Source: Candidatus Omnitrophota bacterium | GTDB taxonomy: Bacteria > Omnitrophota > Gorgyraeia > Aquiviventales > Aquiviventaceae | DNA: 64,000 bases | Assembly (NCBI GenBank): GCA_016180575.1 | Contig: JACPAY010000001.1 | Coordinates: 857-64,856 of the forward strand | Direction of reading: 5' to 3' | Shown: positions 1 to 9,090 of the stretch, piece by piece | Numbering within the stretch: the stretch's first letter is position 1 | Layout of the letters: every line of letters begins with the position of its first letter | Program-made: the position numbers and the translations under genes | Notes under the pieces: model-generated | What the model was told of the DNA's origin: nothing | The model's input: only the letters and a program-made list of their open reading frames with translations | Database searches by the model: none

Positions 1-576
1 CCACTGGCGCATCGGCCGGCGCTCGACGGGATGGCCCTTGCGCTCGCACTTGCCGTCCACCACCTCCTCGTTCGCCAGGACGGTCCCGCACGCGGGGCAC
101 CACCAGACCGGCGCGTCGGCCTGGTAGGCGAGCCCCCGCTCGAAGAGCTTGAGGAAGATCCACTGCGTCCACTTCACGTAGCCGGGGTCGGTCGTGTCGA
201 TCTCCCGGTCCCAGTCATAGGAGAAGCCCAGGCGCGTGATCTGGCGGCGGAAGGTCTCGATGTTCTTGCGCGTGGTGACGGCCGGGTGGGTCCCGGTCTC
301 GATGGCGTACTGCTCGGCCGGCAGGCCGAAGGCGTCCCATCCCATCGGGTGCAGGACATTGAAGCCCCGCATCCGCCGGTAGCGGGCGACGATGTCGGTC
401 GCGGTGTAGCCCTCCGGATGGCCGACGTGCAGCCCGGCGCCAGACGGATACGGGAACATGTCGAGGAGATAGGCCTTGGGCCTGCGGTCCCCGTCGACGG
501 CCCGGAAGCTCTTGCGCGCCTCCCAGGCGCGCTGCCATTTGGGCTCAATCTGGGCAAACGGATAGCGGTCCGCCAT
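1..576 (-). CDS. leuS: leucyl-tRNA synthetase, N-terminal part (gene continues past window start)
   Basis: Not in the ORF track because it runs off the window edge. My own translation of the minus strand from the ATG at 576 gives [24 protein letters not shown]...[54 protein letters not shown]. This has the class I HIGH-type motif and a typical LeuRS N-terminus. Confidence 0.9.
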   Translation of the reverse strand, partial: MADRYPFAQIEPKWQRAWEARKSFRAVDGDRRPKAYLLDMFPYPSGAGLHVGHPEGYTATDIVARYRRMRGFNVLHPMGWDAFGLPAEQYAIETGTHPAVTTRKNIETFRRQITRLGFSYDWDREIDTTDPGYVKWTQWIFLKLFERGLAYQADAPVWWCPACGTVLANEEVVDGKCERKGHPVERRPMRQW

Positions 577-590
577 CGGGGTGACCAGAC

Positions 591-959
591 TTACGGTGTC
601 GGGCTCTGCGGGGGGATGGTCTTAAGGCGGGCGTACAGCATCAGGACCGCGCGGTCCTTCGGGTCGAGCTGCAGGAACTGAATCCCCGCTTCGGCGGCGG
701 CCGACGCCGCGCCGGGGGCCGCATCAACCGGACGGCTCCAGACCACCTCGGCCTGCACCGTCACGGGGCTCTTGCGGTCGGGCAGCATGATCTCCACGGC
801 GATCCGCGTCCCCCCCTCCAGGATCGCCGGCGTGGCAAGACGCATCCCGCCCCCGCTGATGTCCTGCACCATCACCCGCTGCGCCGCAGCGCCTGGACGC
901 GTGATGGTCGCCGGGATCTGCACGGGGAGCCTGCCTGACCGCCGCCGGTCTGGGCTCAT
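591..959 (-). CDS. PilZ domain protein
   Basis: 122 aa. RRRSGR...DISGGG fits the PilZ RxxxR / (D/N)xSxxG signature. It overlaps the upstream ORF by 4 nt. Confidence 0.75.
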   Translation of the reverse strand: MSPDRRRSGRLPVQIPATITRPGAAAQRVMVQDISGGGMRLATPAILEGGTRIAVEIMLPDRKSPVTVQAEVVWSRPVDAAPGAASAAAEAGIQFLQLDPKDRAVLMLYARLKTIPPQSPTP

Positions 960-2233
960 GGGGTTTGGGGGGCGCTCGCCAGGCTCGACTTACCCTGCTC
1001 CACGTCGCTGACGTACGCCAGCACGGCCGGCGCGGCGGCGAGCTCGCTGGCCAGTACGCGGGAGAGATGGATGGCGATCCGGTCAAGATGGCTGCCTCTC
1101 AAGCCGGTGAGAGGGGCCGTCACCAGCGACTTGTAGCCGGTCGGTCCCTTCAAGATCCCGGCCTGCCGGCGATTCGTCTGCTCCGCCGACCAGATGACCT
1201 CGCCGCTCCCCGCATCCACGAGCTCCAGCGCCATCCCGGTGGTGACCCAGGACTGCACGACGAGATACGTCCGCCCCCACTTCGTCACCGCGCCGCGCAG
1301 CCACGCATCCGCCCCGAGCTCGCGCGCCACCTCGCCCAGCGGCAGCGCCTCGGGCAGCGGCTGCCCCTCGGTCCATCCCCGCGCCTTGAGCGCCGCGTCG
1401 ATCTGCTGGAGCTCGAGCACCTGGAACGCGCTCTCCTGCAGGCTGGCCACCAGGTGCTCTCGCAGGCTCACCGCGGGAGCGGCCCACGCGGCGCGCTTCG
1501 CCTCCAGCGGGAGCACGGCGAGGCGCACCGTCCGGGCGCCCGACGCCGGCGGAGCGGACGAGCCCGCCGCCAGGGGCGGATTGGGGAACCCTTTCAGCAA
1601 GTGCCGGACCGCCGCATCCGAGATGCGCAGGAACTTCAGGCCCGGATTGAAGCTCCGCGCCTGGTCCTTGAGGAAATCGACCACCTGGCCCTTCTTCATG
1701 AGCGCCCCGCCCCGCTCCGCGACCCGGACCCGCTGGCGCCACAGGACCTCGCCCGAGCCGGCCTCCACCATGCGCAGCGACGCCTGCAGGCTCGTCTCCG
1801 TGTAGAGGGGCGTCGTGAAATGCATGAGCCGGCTGATCTCCCCGTACACCAGCGCGTCAGCCCCCAGCGCCTTCCCGAGCGCCTGCGGCTCGGCCGCGCG
1901 CCACCCGCCCGCGTCGAGCGGTCCCCAGGCGGCGGCCAACCCCTCATCCACCTCGCTCAGCTCCAAATCCTCATACCCGTAGGGGGTCAGGGCGTAATAG
2001 AACGTCTTGCGCAAGACGTCCCGTCCCACTTCATGCGAAGGCGGGATGGCCTGCTCCGCCTCCAGGTCATACGGGTAGGTGATGGCAAACGGCAGGACGG
2101 CGACCCGCCTGGGCGGATGCTCGAGGAACCCCGGGCGCACGTACGGCTTGGGGCCGCTGCAGCCTGCGAGCAGCCCCAGCGACCCCGCCACGATGCCTGT
2201 GACGGCGCACCTCGCGGCGCCGCGTCGGGCCAT
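956..2233 (-). CDS. putative lipoprotein, function unknown
   Basis: 425 aa. The signal peptide ends in the lipobox LLAGC. An internal duplication is visible (RRVAVLPFAI... and VRLAVLPLEA...). I did not recognise an enzyme family. Confidence 0.6.
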   Translation of the reverse strand: MARRGAARCAVTGIVAGSLGLLAGCSGPKPYVRPGFLEHPPRRVAVLPFAITYPYDLEAEQAIPPSHEVGRDVLRKTFYYALTPYGYEDLELSEVDEGLAAAWGPLDAGGWRAAEPQALGKALGADALVYGEISRLMHFTTPLYTETSLQASLRMVEAGSGEVLWRQRVRVAERGGALMKKGQVVDFLKDQARSFNPGLKFLRISDAAVRHLLKGFPNPPLAAGSSAPPASGARTVRLAVLPLEAKRAAWAAPAVSLREHLVASLQESAFQVLELQQIDAALKARGWTEGQPLPEALPLGEVARELGADAWLRGAVTKWGRTYLVVQSWVTTGMALELVDAGSGEVIWSAEQTNRRQAGILKGPTGYKSLVTAPLTGLRGSHLDRIAIHLSRVLASELAAAPAVLAYVSDVEQGKSSLASAPQTP

Positions 2234-3345
2234 CAGCGCGTCGCGGGACTCGGTGCTACGCCCGCGGGAGCGGATTTCGCATCTTCATAAAACCGGAGGT
2301 AGGCCGCCAGCGCGACGAACCCCACGTACAGGCTTGCCAGAATGCCCCCGATGTTCCCGATGAGGCCAAGCGCCACCGCTGCCCCCCCGCCGATGCGGTT
2401 TCCCAGCCACTCCACCAAGGCAAACGGCAGCCACGCGACGTAGGAGATCAGCGCCATGAGCAGCCCCAGCCCGACGAGGCGCCACCAGCGTCCACGGCTC
2501 GCCCTGAAGCTCGCTTTGAATGCCGCAATCGGGCCGAGCCGATCCACCACGATGGCGATGAACCAGAAGGCGAGCCGCACGACCAGCCAGATGAAGCCGA
2601 TGAGGAGTCCGACCGTCACGAGCGTCCCGAGCACGGCGCGCGCCGCCTCCGGGAGGAGGGCCAGCAGCGCCGCGACGAGCGCCAGGATGCCGACGATGGC
2701 CGCCACCCCAGCCAGGCTGAGGGCCCACGCGCCGATGAGCGGGAGGAAGGCCCTGGTCCCGGCCGCCCAGAACTCCGACACGCGCGCTGGCGGGGCGGTC
2801 ACCTGCTTGGCCAGGTAGCCGATCTGCCCGCCGTTCAGCCAGACGTTGCCCGCGGCGGCGAGCAGCAGCGCGATGAGGAGCATCGGCCAGGCGCGTCCGA
2901 ACCATTGCCCGATGACACGCGCGCGCTCCTCATCGGCAGCGGGAACCGGCGCGGCCGGCGCCACAGCGTCCGGCAGAGGAGGGATCGGCTCCGCTGTCGT
3001 TTCATCCAACTCATCGAAGAGCGTGGCCTCGCCTTCGTCGGCGGGCGCCGGCTCCTGCTCGGCAGCGGGCGGCGCGCCCTCCGGTTGCGCAACCGGCTCT
3101 TCCGGCGAAGCGGGGCTCCCCTCCTCTTGGGCGAACGCCGATTCCATCAGCCCGATGGCCGGCAGGGCGGCCTCCGGCTCGGTCGGCTCCTCGAACAGCT
3201 CCGGCGGCGGGTTGGTCGCCATGACGAGGCCGATCGCGAGGACCGTGACCGCGGCCATGCCGGCCGCGAAGAACCCCATGCCCATCACACTCCGGTTGGC
3301 CGCGCGGAACCCCTCCGCGATCGACCGCTTGATGCGAGGTCCCAT
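2233..3345 (-). CDS. integral membrane protein, function unknown
   Basis: 370 aa. It has one N-terminal TM helix, an acidic Pro/Glu/Ala-rich linker, then several hydrophobic helices. GC-rich third codon positions are consistent with coding. Confidence 0.6.
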   Translation of the reverse strand: MGPRIKRSIAEGFRAANRSVMGMGFFAAGMAAVTVLAIGLVMATNPPPELFEEPTEPEAALPAIGLMESAFAQEEGSPASPEEPVAQPEGAPPAAEQEPAPADEGEATLFDELDETTAEPIPPLPDAVAPAAPVPAADEERARVIGQWFGRAWPMLLIALLLAAAGNVWLNGGQIGYLAKQVTAPPARVSEFWAAGTRAFLPLIGAWALSLAGVAAIVGILALVAALLALLPEAARAVLGTLVTVGLLIGFIWLVVRLAFWFIAIVVDRLGPIAAFKASFRASRGRWWRLVGLGLLMALISYVAWLPFALVEWLGNRIGGGAAVALGLIGNIGGILASLYVGFVALAAYLRFYEDAKSAPAGVAPSPATR

Positions 3346-3363
3346 CCAGTCCCTCCTCTTCGC

Positions 3364-3681
3364 TCAGGCAAACGCCTGCTGCAGCGTCCGCTCCACCTGC
3401 GGGACGATCGCGTCCCAACTCGCCTCTGGCGCCTTGGTCACCGAAATGAAGTTGTGCAGCGCGAACACCTGCGTCACCCCGGCAATCCGCAGCAGCGCGC
3501 CGGCCCACGGGGCGTCGGCGCTGGCGGCGTCTCCTGCCTGCGCCGCGCCTGCGGATGCACCCGGCGGCGCGGCAGGCAGACGATACGTCCGCCCCTGCGC
3601 GGCGATGGTCCGGTTGAGGGTGAACTTGACCGCCTGGGGATTAGGCGTCCCCTGCACGCTGATCTCCAGCGCCGCGCCCAT
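3364..3681 (-). CDS. Nfu/NifU N-terminal-like scaffold domain protein
   Basis: 105 aa. GTPNPQAVKFTLNR...GVTQVFALHNFISVTK resembles the Nfu_N domain. It contains palindromic insert copy a (3533-3579). Confidence 0.65.
   Translation of the reverse strand: MGAALEISVQGTPNPQAVKFTLNRTIAAQGRTYRLPAAPPGASAGAAQAGDAASADAPWAGALLRIAGVTQVFALHNFISVTKAPEASWDAIVPQVERTLQQAFA
3533..3579. repeat. intragenic GC-rich palindromic element, copy a (orientation A)
   Basis: CCTGCCTGCGCCGCGCC, a 16-nt spacer, then GGCGCGGCAGGCAG. It lies inside the Nfu-like ORF and encodes LPAAPPGASAGAAQAG. Confidence 0.75.
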
Positions 3682-3687
3682 CAGCCT

Positions 3688-4383
3688 TCACGTCGCCCGC
3701 GGCGCTCGGCGCCGCATCACGGCGAACGGCAGGTAGCAGAGATAGAGCAACGCCAGCGCCGCCGCCTCCATCGCCAGGAGGTACCACGGCCATGGGCCGA
3801 ACGCGTCCAGCAGGCTGGGCTGGCTCGGCTTGCGGGCCAGGTACCCGTAGTTGGTGCCGAAGCCCCAGTTGATGAGCCCAGCGGCGCACGCGTAGCCATT
3901 CGTCAGGAGCCAGGCCCGCCAGACCGACCGATGCGTCGGCGCCACGCGCCCCGTCACCGCGAGGTAGACCGCGCTCAGGACGATCCCCCCATGCGTCAGG
4001 AAGAACTTCAGCCACCAGTAGTCCGGAAACCCCCGCGCGAGGTCCGGCGTCAGGACGGCCTGCAGGCTGCCGGCCAACCCCCAGAAATAGGCCAGCTCGC
4101 TCGCGCCGGCGGGCAGGCTCCAGAGCGCCCACACGGTCAGCGCCAGCGCCAGGTCGCACAGCTGCAACGGCACGCGCGCAACACCCTGCCAGGCCGCGCC
4201 AACCCAGGAAGCCAATTCGTTGCCGAGCAGCGCCGCGGCGACGGCGCGGCGCACCCACGCGTCGCGACGGCCCGCGAGCCGCCTGCGGCTGACGAGCAGC
4301 GCGGCGCAGGCCACGGCCACCACCGCGAGCACCGCGAGGTGATCCGGCCCCAAGAGGACGAACCGGTCCGCCCCCGGCGGCAT
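3688..4383 (-). CDS. integral membrane protein (YwaF/TIGR02206-like, tentative)
   Basis: 231 aa with about 7 hydrophobic helices. The family assignment rests only on general resemblance. Confidence 0.45.
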   Translation of the reverse strand: MPPGADRFVLLGPDHLAVLAVVAVACAALLVSRRRLAGRRDAWVRRAVAAALLGNELASWVGAAWQGVARVPLQLCDLALALTVWALWSLPAGASELAYFWGLAGSLQAVLTPDLARGFPDYWWLKFFLTHGGIVLSAVYLAVTGRVAPTHRSVWRAWLLTNGYACAAGLINWGFGTNYGYLARKPSQPSLLDAFGPWPWYLLAMEAAALALLYLCYLPFAVMRRRAPRAT

Positions 4384-4389
4384 GGCGCG

Positions 4390-5364
4390 TTAGACGGCGA
4401 CCAGCTGCGCCCGTGAGATGCGGGGGAGCCTGTTCGGCCGTGAGCCCGCGCCGTCCTGGGCGAGCCGCCTCACCGTCGCCAAGTTGCGCCGGTCCTCGCG
4501 CTCCCCGGCCCGACTCTCGCTATCGCCGCCCGCCCCGGCATGTGCAACCGGCGGGCCGGGGGGGCGGGCCGTCGTCTTGGGCGTCTCCAGGATGAACGGG
4601 ATGCCGCGCAACCGCGGATGGGTGACAATGCGGCGGAAGGCCTCGCGGCCGATGTGCCCCTCGCCGATGTGCCAGTGGCGGTCGACGCGGGAGTTGAAGG
4701 GCGCTTTGGAATCGTTGAGATGGATGAGCCGCAGGTGCGCAAATCCGACCGCGCGGTCGAACGCGGCCAGCGTCTGCTCGAGCCCCTCGTCGGTCTGGAT
4801 GGGGTAGCCGGCGGCGAAGAGGTGCGCGGTGTCCAGGCAGACGCCGACATGCGCCTTCGCCGGCACCGCCTCGCGGATGGCGGCCAGCTGCTCGAAGGTG
4901 TACCCGAGCCCCTGGCCCGAGCCGGCGGTGTTCTCCAGCAGGATCATCGTCGTGGGCGCGGCACCGTCCAGCGTCCGGCTGACCGCCTCGGCCACCCGCG
5001 CAATCCCGCCCGGTTCCCCCTGCCCCCGGTGGCTCCCGACGTGGGTCACCAGGTATCGGGCCCCCAACGCGGCGGCGCGGGCGTAGTCGTCGCGGTAGAG
5101 CGCCAGCGACCGCTTCCACACCGCGGCCTCCGGCGAGGCCAGGTTGATGATGTACGGCCCGTGCACCGCCAGGGGCTCAAGCCCGGCCGCCCGGCGCTGG
5201 GCGTCGAAGCGCTCGGCCAGCTCGCGCGGGATGGGCAGGGTCTTGCCGCCGCGCGGGCTGCGGCTGAAGATCTGCATGGTCGTGCAGCGAAGCCGCTTGG
5301 CCCGCCCCACCGCCTCGAGGAGGCCGCCGGCGATGGGGACGTGCACGCCGAGGTTGATTGACAT
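4390..5364 (-). CDS. nfo: deoxyribonuclease IV (endonuclease IV)
   Basis: 324 aa. MSINLGVHVPIAGG...LVTHVGSH...ILLENTAGSG...CLDTAHLFAAGY...HLNDSK...DRHWHIGEGHIG matches Nfo metal-binding motifs. There is a ~40 aa C-terminal extension. Confidence 0.9.
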   Translation of the reverse strand: MSINLGVHVPIAGGLLEAVGRAKRLRCTTMQIFSRSPRGGKTLPIPRELAERFDAQRRAAGLEPLAVHGPYIINLASPEAAVWKRSLALYRDDYARAAALGARYLVTHVGSHRGQGEPGGIARVAEAVSRTLDGAAPTTMILLENTAGSGQGLGYTFEQLAAIREAVPAKAHVGVCLDTAHLFAAGYPIQTDEGLEQTLAAFDRAVGFAHLRLIHLNDSKAPFNSRVDRHWHIGEGHIGREAFRRIVTHPRLRGIPFILETPKTTARPPGPPVAHAGAGGDSESRAGEREDRRNLATVRRLAQDGAGSRPNRLPRISRAQLVAV

Positions 5365-5398
5365 GCTCAGGGCCGCAATGTTATAGTCGTCTCGCCGC

Positions 5399-5474
5399 GG
5401 GGCAGTAGCTCAGTTGGGAGAGCGCCACAATGGCATTGTGGAGGTCACGGGTTCGATCCCCGTCTGCTCCACCA
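5399..5474 (+). tRNA. tRNA-Ala (anticodon GGC), CCA encoded
   Basis: Cloverleaf folded by hand. The acceptor stem is GGGGCAG/CTGCTCC with the G3:U70 Ala identity pair. The anticodon loop is ATGGCAT, the T-loop is GGTTCGATCC, and the 3' end is ACCA. Confidence 0.9.
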
Positions 5475-5583
5475 GTTTTCGTTCCTCGCTGACCCCCATC
5501 GTGGCTTTATACTAAGCAAGCCACCGTCGCAAGTCAAGGCGACGCTTGACCTTGCTCCACGTTGACGATAGGATACCACCGGC

Positions 5584-6984
5584 ATGACATTCCTCCGACC
5601 ACTCGCGCGCTCACTCCTCGCCGGCCTGGTGTGGCTCGGCCTTGGCCTCGGCGATCAGGCCCGCGCGGCCCACGTCAACGTCATCGAGCTGGACAACCAG
5701 ATCATCAATCCGGTGACCCAGCAGTACATCACGGACGCCATCGAGCGCTCCGAGGCCGACGGGGCGGTCTGCCTGGTCCTCATGCTGGACACCCCGGGCG
5801 GCCTGCTCGAGTCCACCCGCGCCATCGTCAAGCGCATCATGAACGCCCGCGTGCCGGTCGCCGTCTATGTCGCGCCCTCCGGCTCGCGCGCCGGCTCGGC
5901 CGGCGTCTTCATCACGCTCGCCGCCCACGTCGCCGCCATGGCCCCGTCCACGAACATCGGCGCCGCCCATCCGGTCGCGGTCGGCGAGGGGGGCGGGCCG
6001 ATCAAGCGGCTCGTCCGGCGGATCAAGCGGGAGGCCGGGGAGGAGACCGTCGAGGAGGAGGCGCCCGACCCGATGGCCCAGAAGATCCTCAATGACACCG
6101 TCGCCTGGGTCACCACCATCGCGAAGACCCGCGGGCGCAACGAGACGTGGGCGGCCAAAGCGGTCACGGAAAGCTTCTCCGTCACGGAGCAGGAGGCGGT
6201 CCAGGAGCGGATCGTGGATCTGGTCGCCGCCGACCTCCCGGACCTGCTGGCCAAGAGCCACGGACGGCGCGTCGAGCTGGCCGGCGCCCCCGTGGAGCTG
6301 CAGACGCAGGAGGCGGATCTCGTCAGGCTCCCCATGTCGAGGCGCCAGGAGTTCCTGGCCGTCATCACCAACCCGAACATCGCGTATCTGTTGATGCTGC
6401 TCGGGACGCTCGGCCTCATCTTCGAGTTCACGCACCCCGGGATCGGCTTCCCCGGCATCGCCGGCCTCATCTGCCTCCTGCTTGCGCTCTACGCGTTCCA
6501 GGCGCTGCCGATCAGCTATGCCGCGGTCGCCCTGATCGCGGTGGGGATCGGCCTGCTCGTCGCGGAGGTCAAGGTGACGAGCTACGGGCTGCTGGGCGCC
6601 GGGGGGGTCATTGCGCTCACCCTGGGCAGCCTCATGCTGTTTGAGTCGCCCGACCCGCACCTCCGGGTGTCGCTCCACGTGATCCTCCCGACCGTGGCGA
6701 CCCTGGCCGCCATCATCCTCTTCGTGGTCCAGCGGGCGCTGCGGGCGCAGGCCGTGCCCGTCGCCACGGGCGCGCAAGGGCTCGTCGGCTCGATCGGGGA
6801 GGCGTCAACGGACCTGAACCCCGACGGCCAGGTGTTCGTGCACGGGGAATCCTGGAGCGCGAGCAGCCCACGGCCCGTCCGGCGGGGCGAGAAGGTGCGG
6901 GTGGTGCGCGTCGAGGGGCTGCACCTGCACGTCATCCGGTATCAGATACCGGTAGATAGACCTGGGGATTCGACCGGTATCTGA
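5584..6984 (+). CDS. NfeD family membrane-bound serine protease
   Basis: 466 aa. It has a ClpP-like N-domain (LMLDTPGGLLEST...GSRAGSAGVFI), TM helices and a C-terminal OB-like end (KVRVVRVEGLHLHV). The last 16 codons and the stop lie in hairpin repeat 6936-6990. An SPFH gene follows it. Confidence 0.85.
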   Translation: MTFLRPLARSLLAGLVWLGLGLGDQARAAHVNVIELDNQIINPVTQQYITDAIERSEADGAVCLVLMLDTPGGLLESTRAIVKRIMNARVPVAVYVAPSGSRAGSAGVFITLAAHVAAMAPSTNIGAAHPVAVGEGGGPIKRLVRRIKREAGEETVEEEAPDPMAQKILNDTVAWVTTIAKTRGRNETWAAKAVTESFSVTEQEAVQERIVDLVAADLPDLLAKSHGRRVELAGAPVELQTQEADLVRLPMSRRQEFLAVITNPNIAYLLMLLGTLGLIFEFTHPGIGFPGIAGLICLLLALYAFQALPISYAAVALIAVGIGLLVAEVKVTSYGLLGAGGVIALTLGSLMLFESPDPHLRVSLHVILPTVATLAAIILFVVQRALRAQAVPVATGAQGLVGSIGEASTDLNPDGQVFVHGESWSASSPRPVRRGEKVRVVRVEGLHLHVIRYQIPVDRPGDSTGI

Positions 6985-6990
6985 TACCGG
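6936..6990. repeat. paired palindromes CCGGTATCAGATACCGG / CCGGTATCTGATACCGG
   Basis: Two 17-nt palindromes are separated by 21 nt and are also complementary to each other. The same GTATC(A/T)GATAC word recurs at 61665-61718. Confidence 0.7.
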
Positions 6991-7008
6991 TAACCGTAGG
7001 AGGGGACC

Positions 7009-7773
7009 ATGCCGTTCTTCTTCAGCTGGCTCTCGTTTCCCGTCATCATCGGGTTCTTCTGGCTCCTCAACTGCATCAAGATCCTCAACGAGTACGAGCG
7101 GGGCGTGATCTTCCGGCTCGGGCGCATGACGCCCCAGCCGCTCGGGCCGGGGCTGAAGTTCATCATCTTCCCCATCGACCGGCTGGTCCGCATCAGCCTC
7201 CGCACCATCACCCTCGACGTGCCGCCGCAGGACGTCATCACGAAGGACAACGTCTCCATCAAGGTGAACGCGGTCGTCTACTTCCGCGTCATGGAGCCCA
7301 ACAAGGCGGTCGTGGAGGTGGAGGACTACCTCTTCGCGAGCTCCCAGATGGCCCAGACGACGCTGCGCAGCGTGCTGGGGCAGGTGGAGCTGGACGAGCT
7401 GCTCGCCCATCGCGAGAAGCTGAACCAACAGCTCCAAACGCTCATCGACAAGCAGACCGACCCGTGGGGCGTCAAGGTGTCCGCGGTCGAGATCAAGCAG
7501 GTGGACCTGCCGGAGGAGATCCGGCGGGCCATGGCGCGGCAGGCCGAGGCGGAGCGGGTGCGGCGGGCGAAGATCATCGGTGCCGACGCCGAGTTCCAGG
7601 CCGCGGCGAAGCTGGTGGACGCCGCGCGCCTGATGGCCGAGCAGCCGATGTCGCTGCAGATGCGCTACCTGCAGACGCTGGCAGAGATCGCCACCGAGAA
7701 GAACTCCACGACGATCTTCCCGATCCCCATCGACCTCATCAAGCCCTTCCTCGAAAAACCTCAGAGCGGGTAG
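7009..7773 (+). CDS. SPFH/band 7 (stomatin-like) protein
   Basis: 254 aa. [15 protein letters not shown]...[23 protein letters not shown]...[14 protein letters not shown] is the typical stomatin/slipin pattern. It is the partner of the upstream NfeD. Confidence 0.9.
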   Translation: MPFFFSWLSFPVIIGFFWLLNCIKILNEYERGVIFRLGRMTPQPLGPGLKFIIFPIDRLVRISLRTITLDVPPQDVITKDNVSIKVNAVVYFRVMEPNKAVVEVEDYLFASSQMAQTTLRSVLGQVELDELLAHREKLNQQLQTLIDKQTDPWGVKVSAVEIKQVDLPEEIRRAMARQAEAERVRRAKIIGADAEFQAAAKLVDAARLMAEQPMSLQMRYLQTLAEIATEKNSTTIFPIPIDLIKPFLEKPQSG

Positions 7774-7844
7774 GGAGAGGAGGGGGACCAGGGAGCCCCA
7801 CCGAGTGGCATGACCATTGAGCTCATTCCATATCGGGGCGACCG

Positions 7845-7872
7845 ATAGGGGGGAACCTGGGTTCCCCCCTAT
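7845..7872. terminator. hairpin downstream of the SPFH gene
   Basis: ATAGGGGGGAAC-ctgg-GTTCCCCCCTAT is a perfect 12-bp stem. There is no U-tract. Confidence 0.4.
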
Positions 7873-7904
7873 GGAGCGTCCCTGGTCTTGGCGATAGACG
7901 CGAC

Positions 7905-7988
7905 GCCGAGGTGGCGGAACTGGCAGACGCGCGGGCCTCAAAAGCCCGTGGCCGCAAGGCCATGAGAGTTCGACCCTCTCCCTCGGCA
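7905..7988 (+). tRNA. tRNA-Leu (anticodon CAA), no encoded CCA
   Basis: The acceptor stem is GCCGAGG/CCTCGGC, the anticodon loop is CTCAAAA, a long variable arm GTGGCCGCAAGGCCAT is present, and the T-arm is GAGAGTTCGACCCTCTC. Confidence 0.85.
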
Positions 7989-7995
7989 TTCAATT

Positions 7996-8050
7996 CGGGA
8001 CCGCTTCCCCTTTCCTTTCGATCGAGCATAGGAAACGGGAAGTGGTCCCG
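7996..8050. repeat. imperfect 21-bp inverted repeat (hairpin)
   Basis: CGGGACCGCTTCCCCTTTCCT ... AGGAAACGGGAAGTGGTCCCG. The flanking word CCCGGGACTATC (8077-8088) recurs at 48265-48276. Confidence 0.55.
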
Positions 8051-8089
8051 GGACAGTCGCAGGAAACAGGGAACCGGACCCGGGACTAT

Positions 8090-9073
8090 CTAAACGGAAT
8101 TAAGCGAGGGGGCAGTCGACTGGGAGGAGCAGACGCCGAGCTTGCGGAACCGTTCGTAGCGCCGCTGGAGCAGCGTGTCGGCCGGCAGGCCGTCGGTGAG
8201 CTTCAGGAACCGCAGGATTGAGGCGCGCAGGCGCTGGGCGACGAACTCGGGATCGCGGTGCGCGCCTCCCAGCGGCTCGTCGATGACCTCATCCACGATC
8301 CCCAGCTGCAGGAGGTCCTGCGCGGTCAGCTTCAAGGCCGCGGCGGCCTCCGGGGCCTTGGCCTTATCCCCGCGCCAGAGGATCGACGCGCAGCCTTCCG
8401 GAGAGATCACCGAGTAGTACGCGTTTTCCAGCATCACGATCCAGTCGCCCACCCCGATCCCCAGCGCGCCGCCTGAGCCGCCTTCGCCGATCACGCAGAC
8501 ATAGACCGGCGTCTTCAGGCGCGCCATCTCCCGGATGTTCTCGGCGATGGAGTGCGCCTGGCCCCGCTCCTCCGCCCCGACGCCCGGGTAGGCGCCCGGC
8601 GTGTCGATGAAGATGAGCACGGGCAGCCGCAGCTTCTCCGCGAGCCGCATCAGGCGCAGCGCCTTGCGGTAGCCCTCGGGATTGGCCATCCCGAAATTCC
8701 GCATGAGGTTGTCCTTCGTGTCCCGGCCCTTCTGATGGCCGAGGACCAGGCACGAGCGCCCCTCGAACGCGCCCAGCCCGCCCACGAGCGCCCGGTCGTC
8801 GCTGAAGAGCCGGTCGCCATGGAGCTGGATGACGTCGCTCAGGAGGAGCCCGATGTAGTCGAGGGTGTAGGGCCGCTGGGGGTGGCGGGCGAGCTGCACG
8901 CGCTGCCAGGGCGTGAGCTCGCCGTACACCTTGCGCTTGAGCTGCTCAAGCTGCGCGACCAGCGCCTTGCGCGCCTCGGGGTGCCGCTCGGCCTCGCCCG
9001 TCTTCTGCAGCTCCTGCAGGCGGTGCTCCAGCTCCGCGATGGGCTTCTCAAAGTCATACCGGTAGCCGTTCAT
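8090..9073 (-). CDS. accA: acetyl-CoA carboxylase carboxyltransferase subunit alpha
   Basis: The track ORF 8090..9313 was trimmed to the ATG at 9073 (MNGYRYDFEKPIAELEHRL...). TPWQRVQLARHPQRPYTLDY...IDTPGAYPGVGAEERGQ is typical AccA. The discarded upstream 80 aa are Arg/Gly-rich junk. Confidence 0.9.
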   Translation of the reverse strand: MNGYRYDFEKPIAELEHRLQELQKTGEAERHPEARKALVAQLEQLKRKVYGELTPWQRVQLARHPQRPYTLDYIGLLLSDVIQLHGDRLFSDDRALVGGLGAFEGRSCLVLGHQKGRDTKDNLMRNFGMANPEGYRKALRLMRLAEKLRLPVLIFIDTPGAYPGVGAEERGQAHSIAENIREMARLKTPVYVCVIGEGGSGGALGIGVGDWIVMLENAYYSVISPEGCASILWRGDKAKAPEAAAALKLTAQDLLQLGIVDEVIDEPLGGAHRDPEFVAQRLRASILRFLKLTDGLPADTLLQRRYERFRKLGVCSSQSTAPSLNSV

Positions 9074-9090
9074 GGACACCCCGGGTGTCA

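Noticed and set aside
2905-4416. A 503-aa ORF on the plus strand. The overlapping ORFs 2846..3736 and 965..2290 are of the same kind.
   Set aside because: They are antisense to four minus-strand genes that have signal peptides, TM segments or Nfu motifs. They are Arg-rich and have no motifs.
5584-7773. The NfeD and SPFH gene pair, considered as a candidate novel system.
   Set aside because: This is the well-known, widely conserved nfeD-stomatin operon. Only the hairpin at the junction is unusual.
7905-7988. tRNA-Leu lacks an encoded CCA while tRNA-Ala has one.
   Set aside because: Mixed encoding is common, and a CCA-adding enzyme gene is present at 54510-55979. This is not anomalous.
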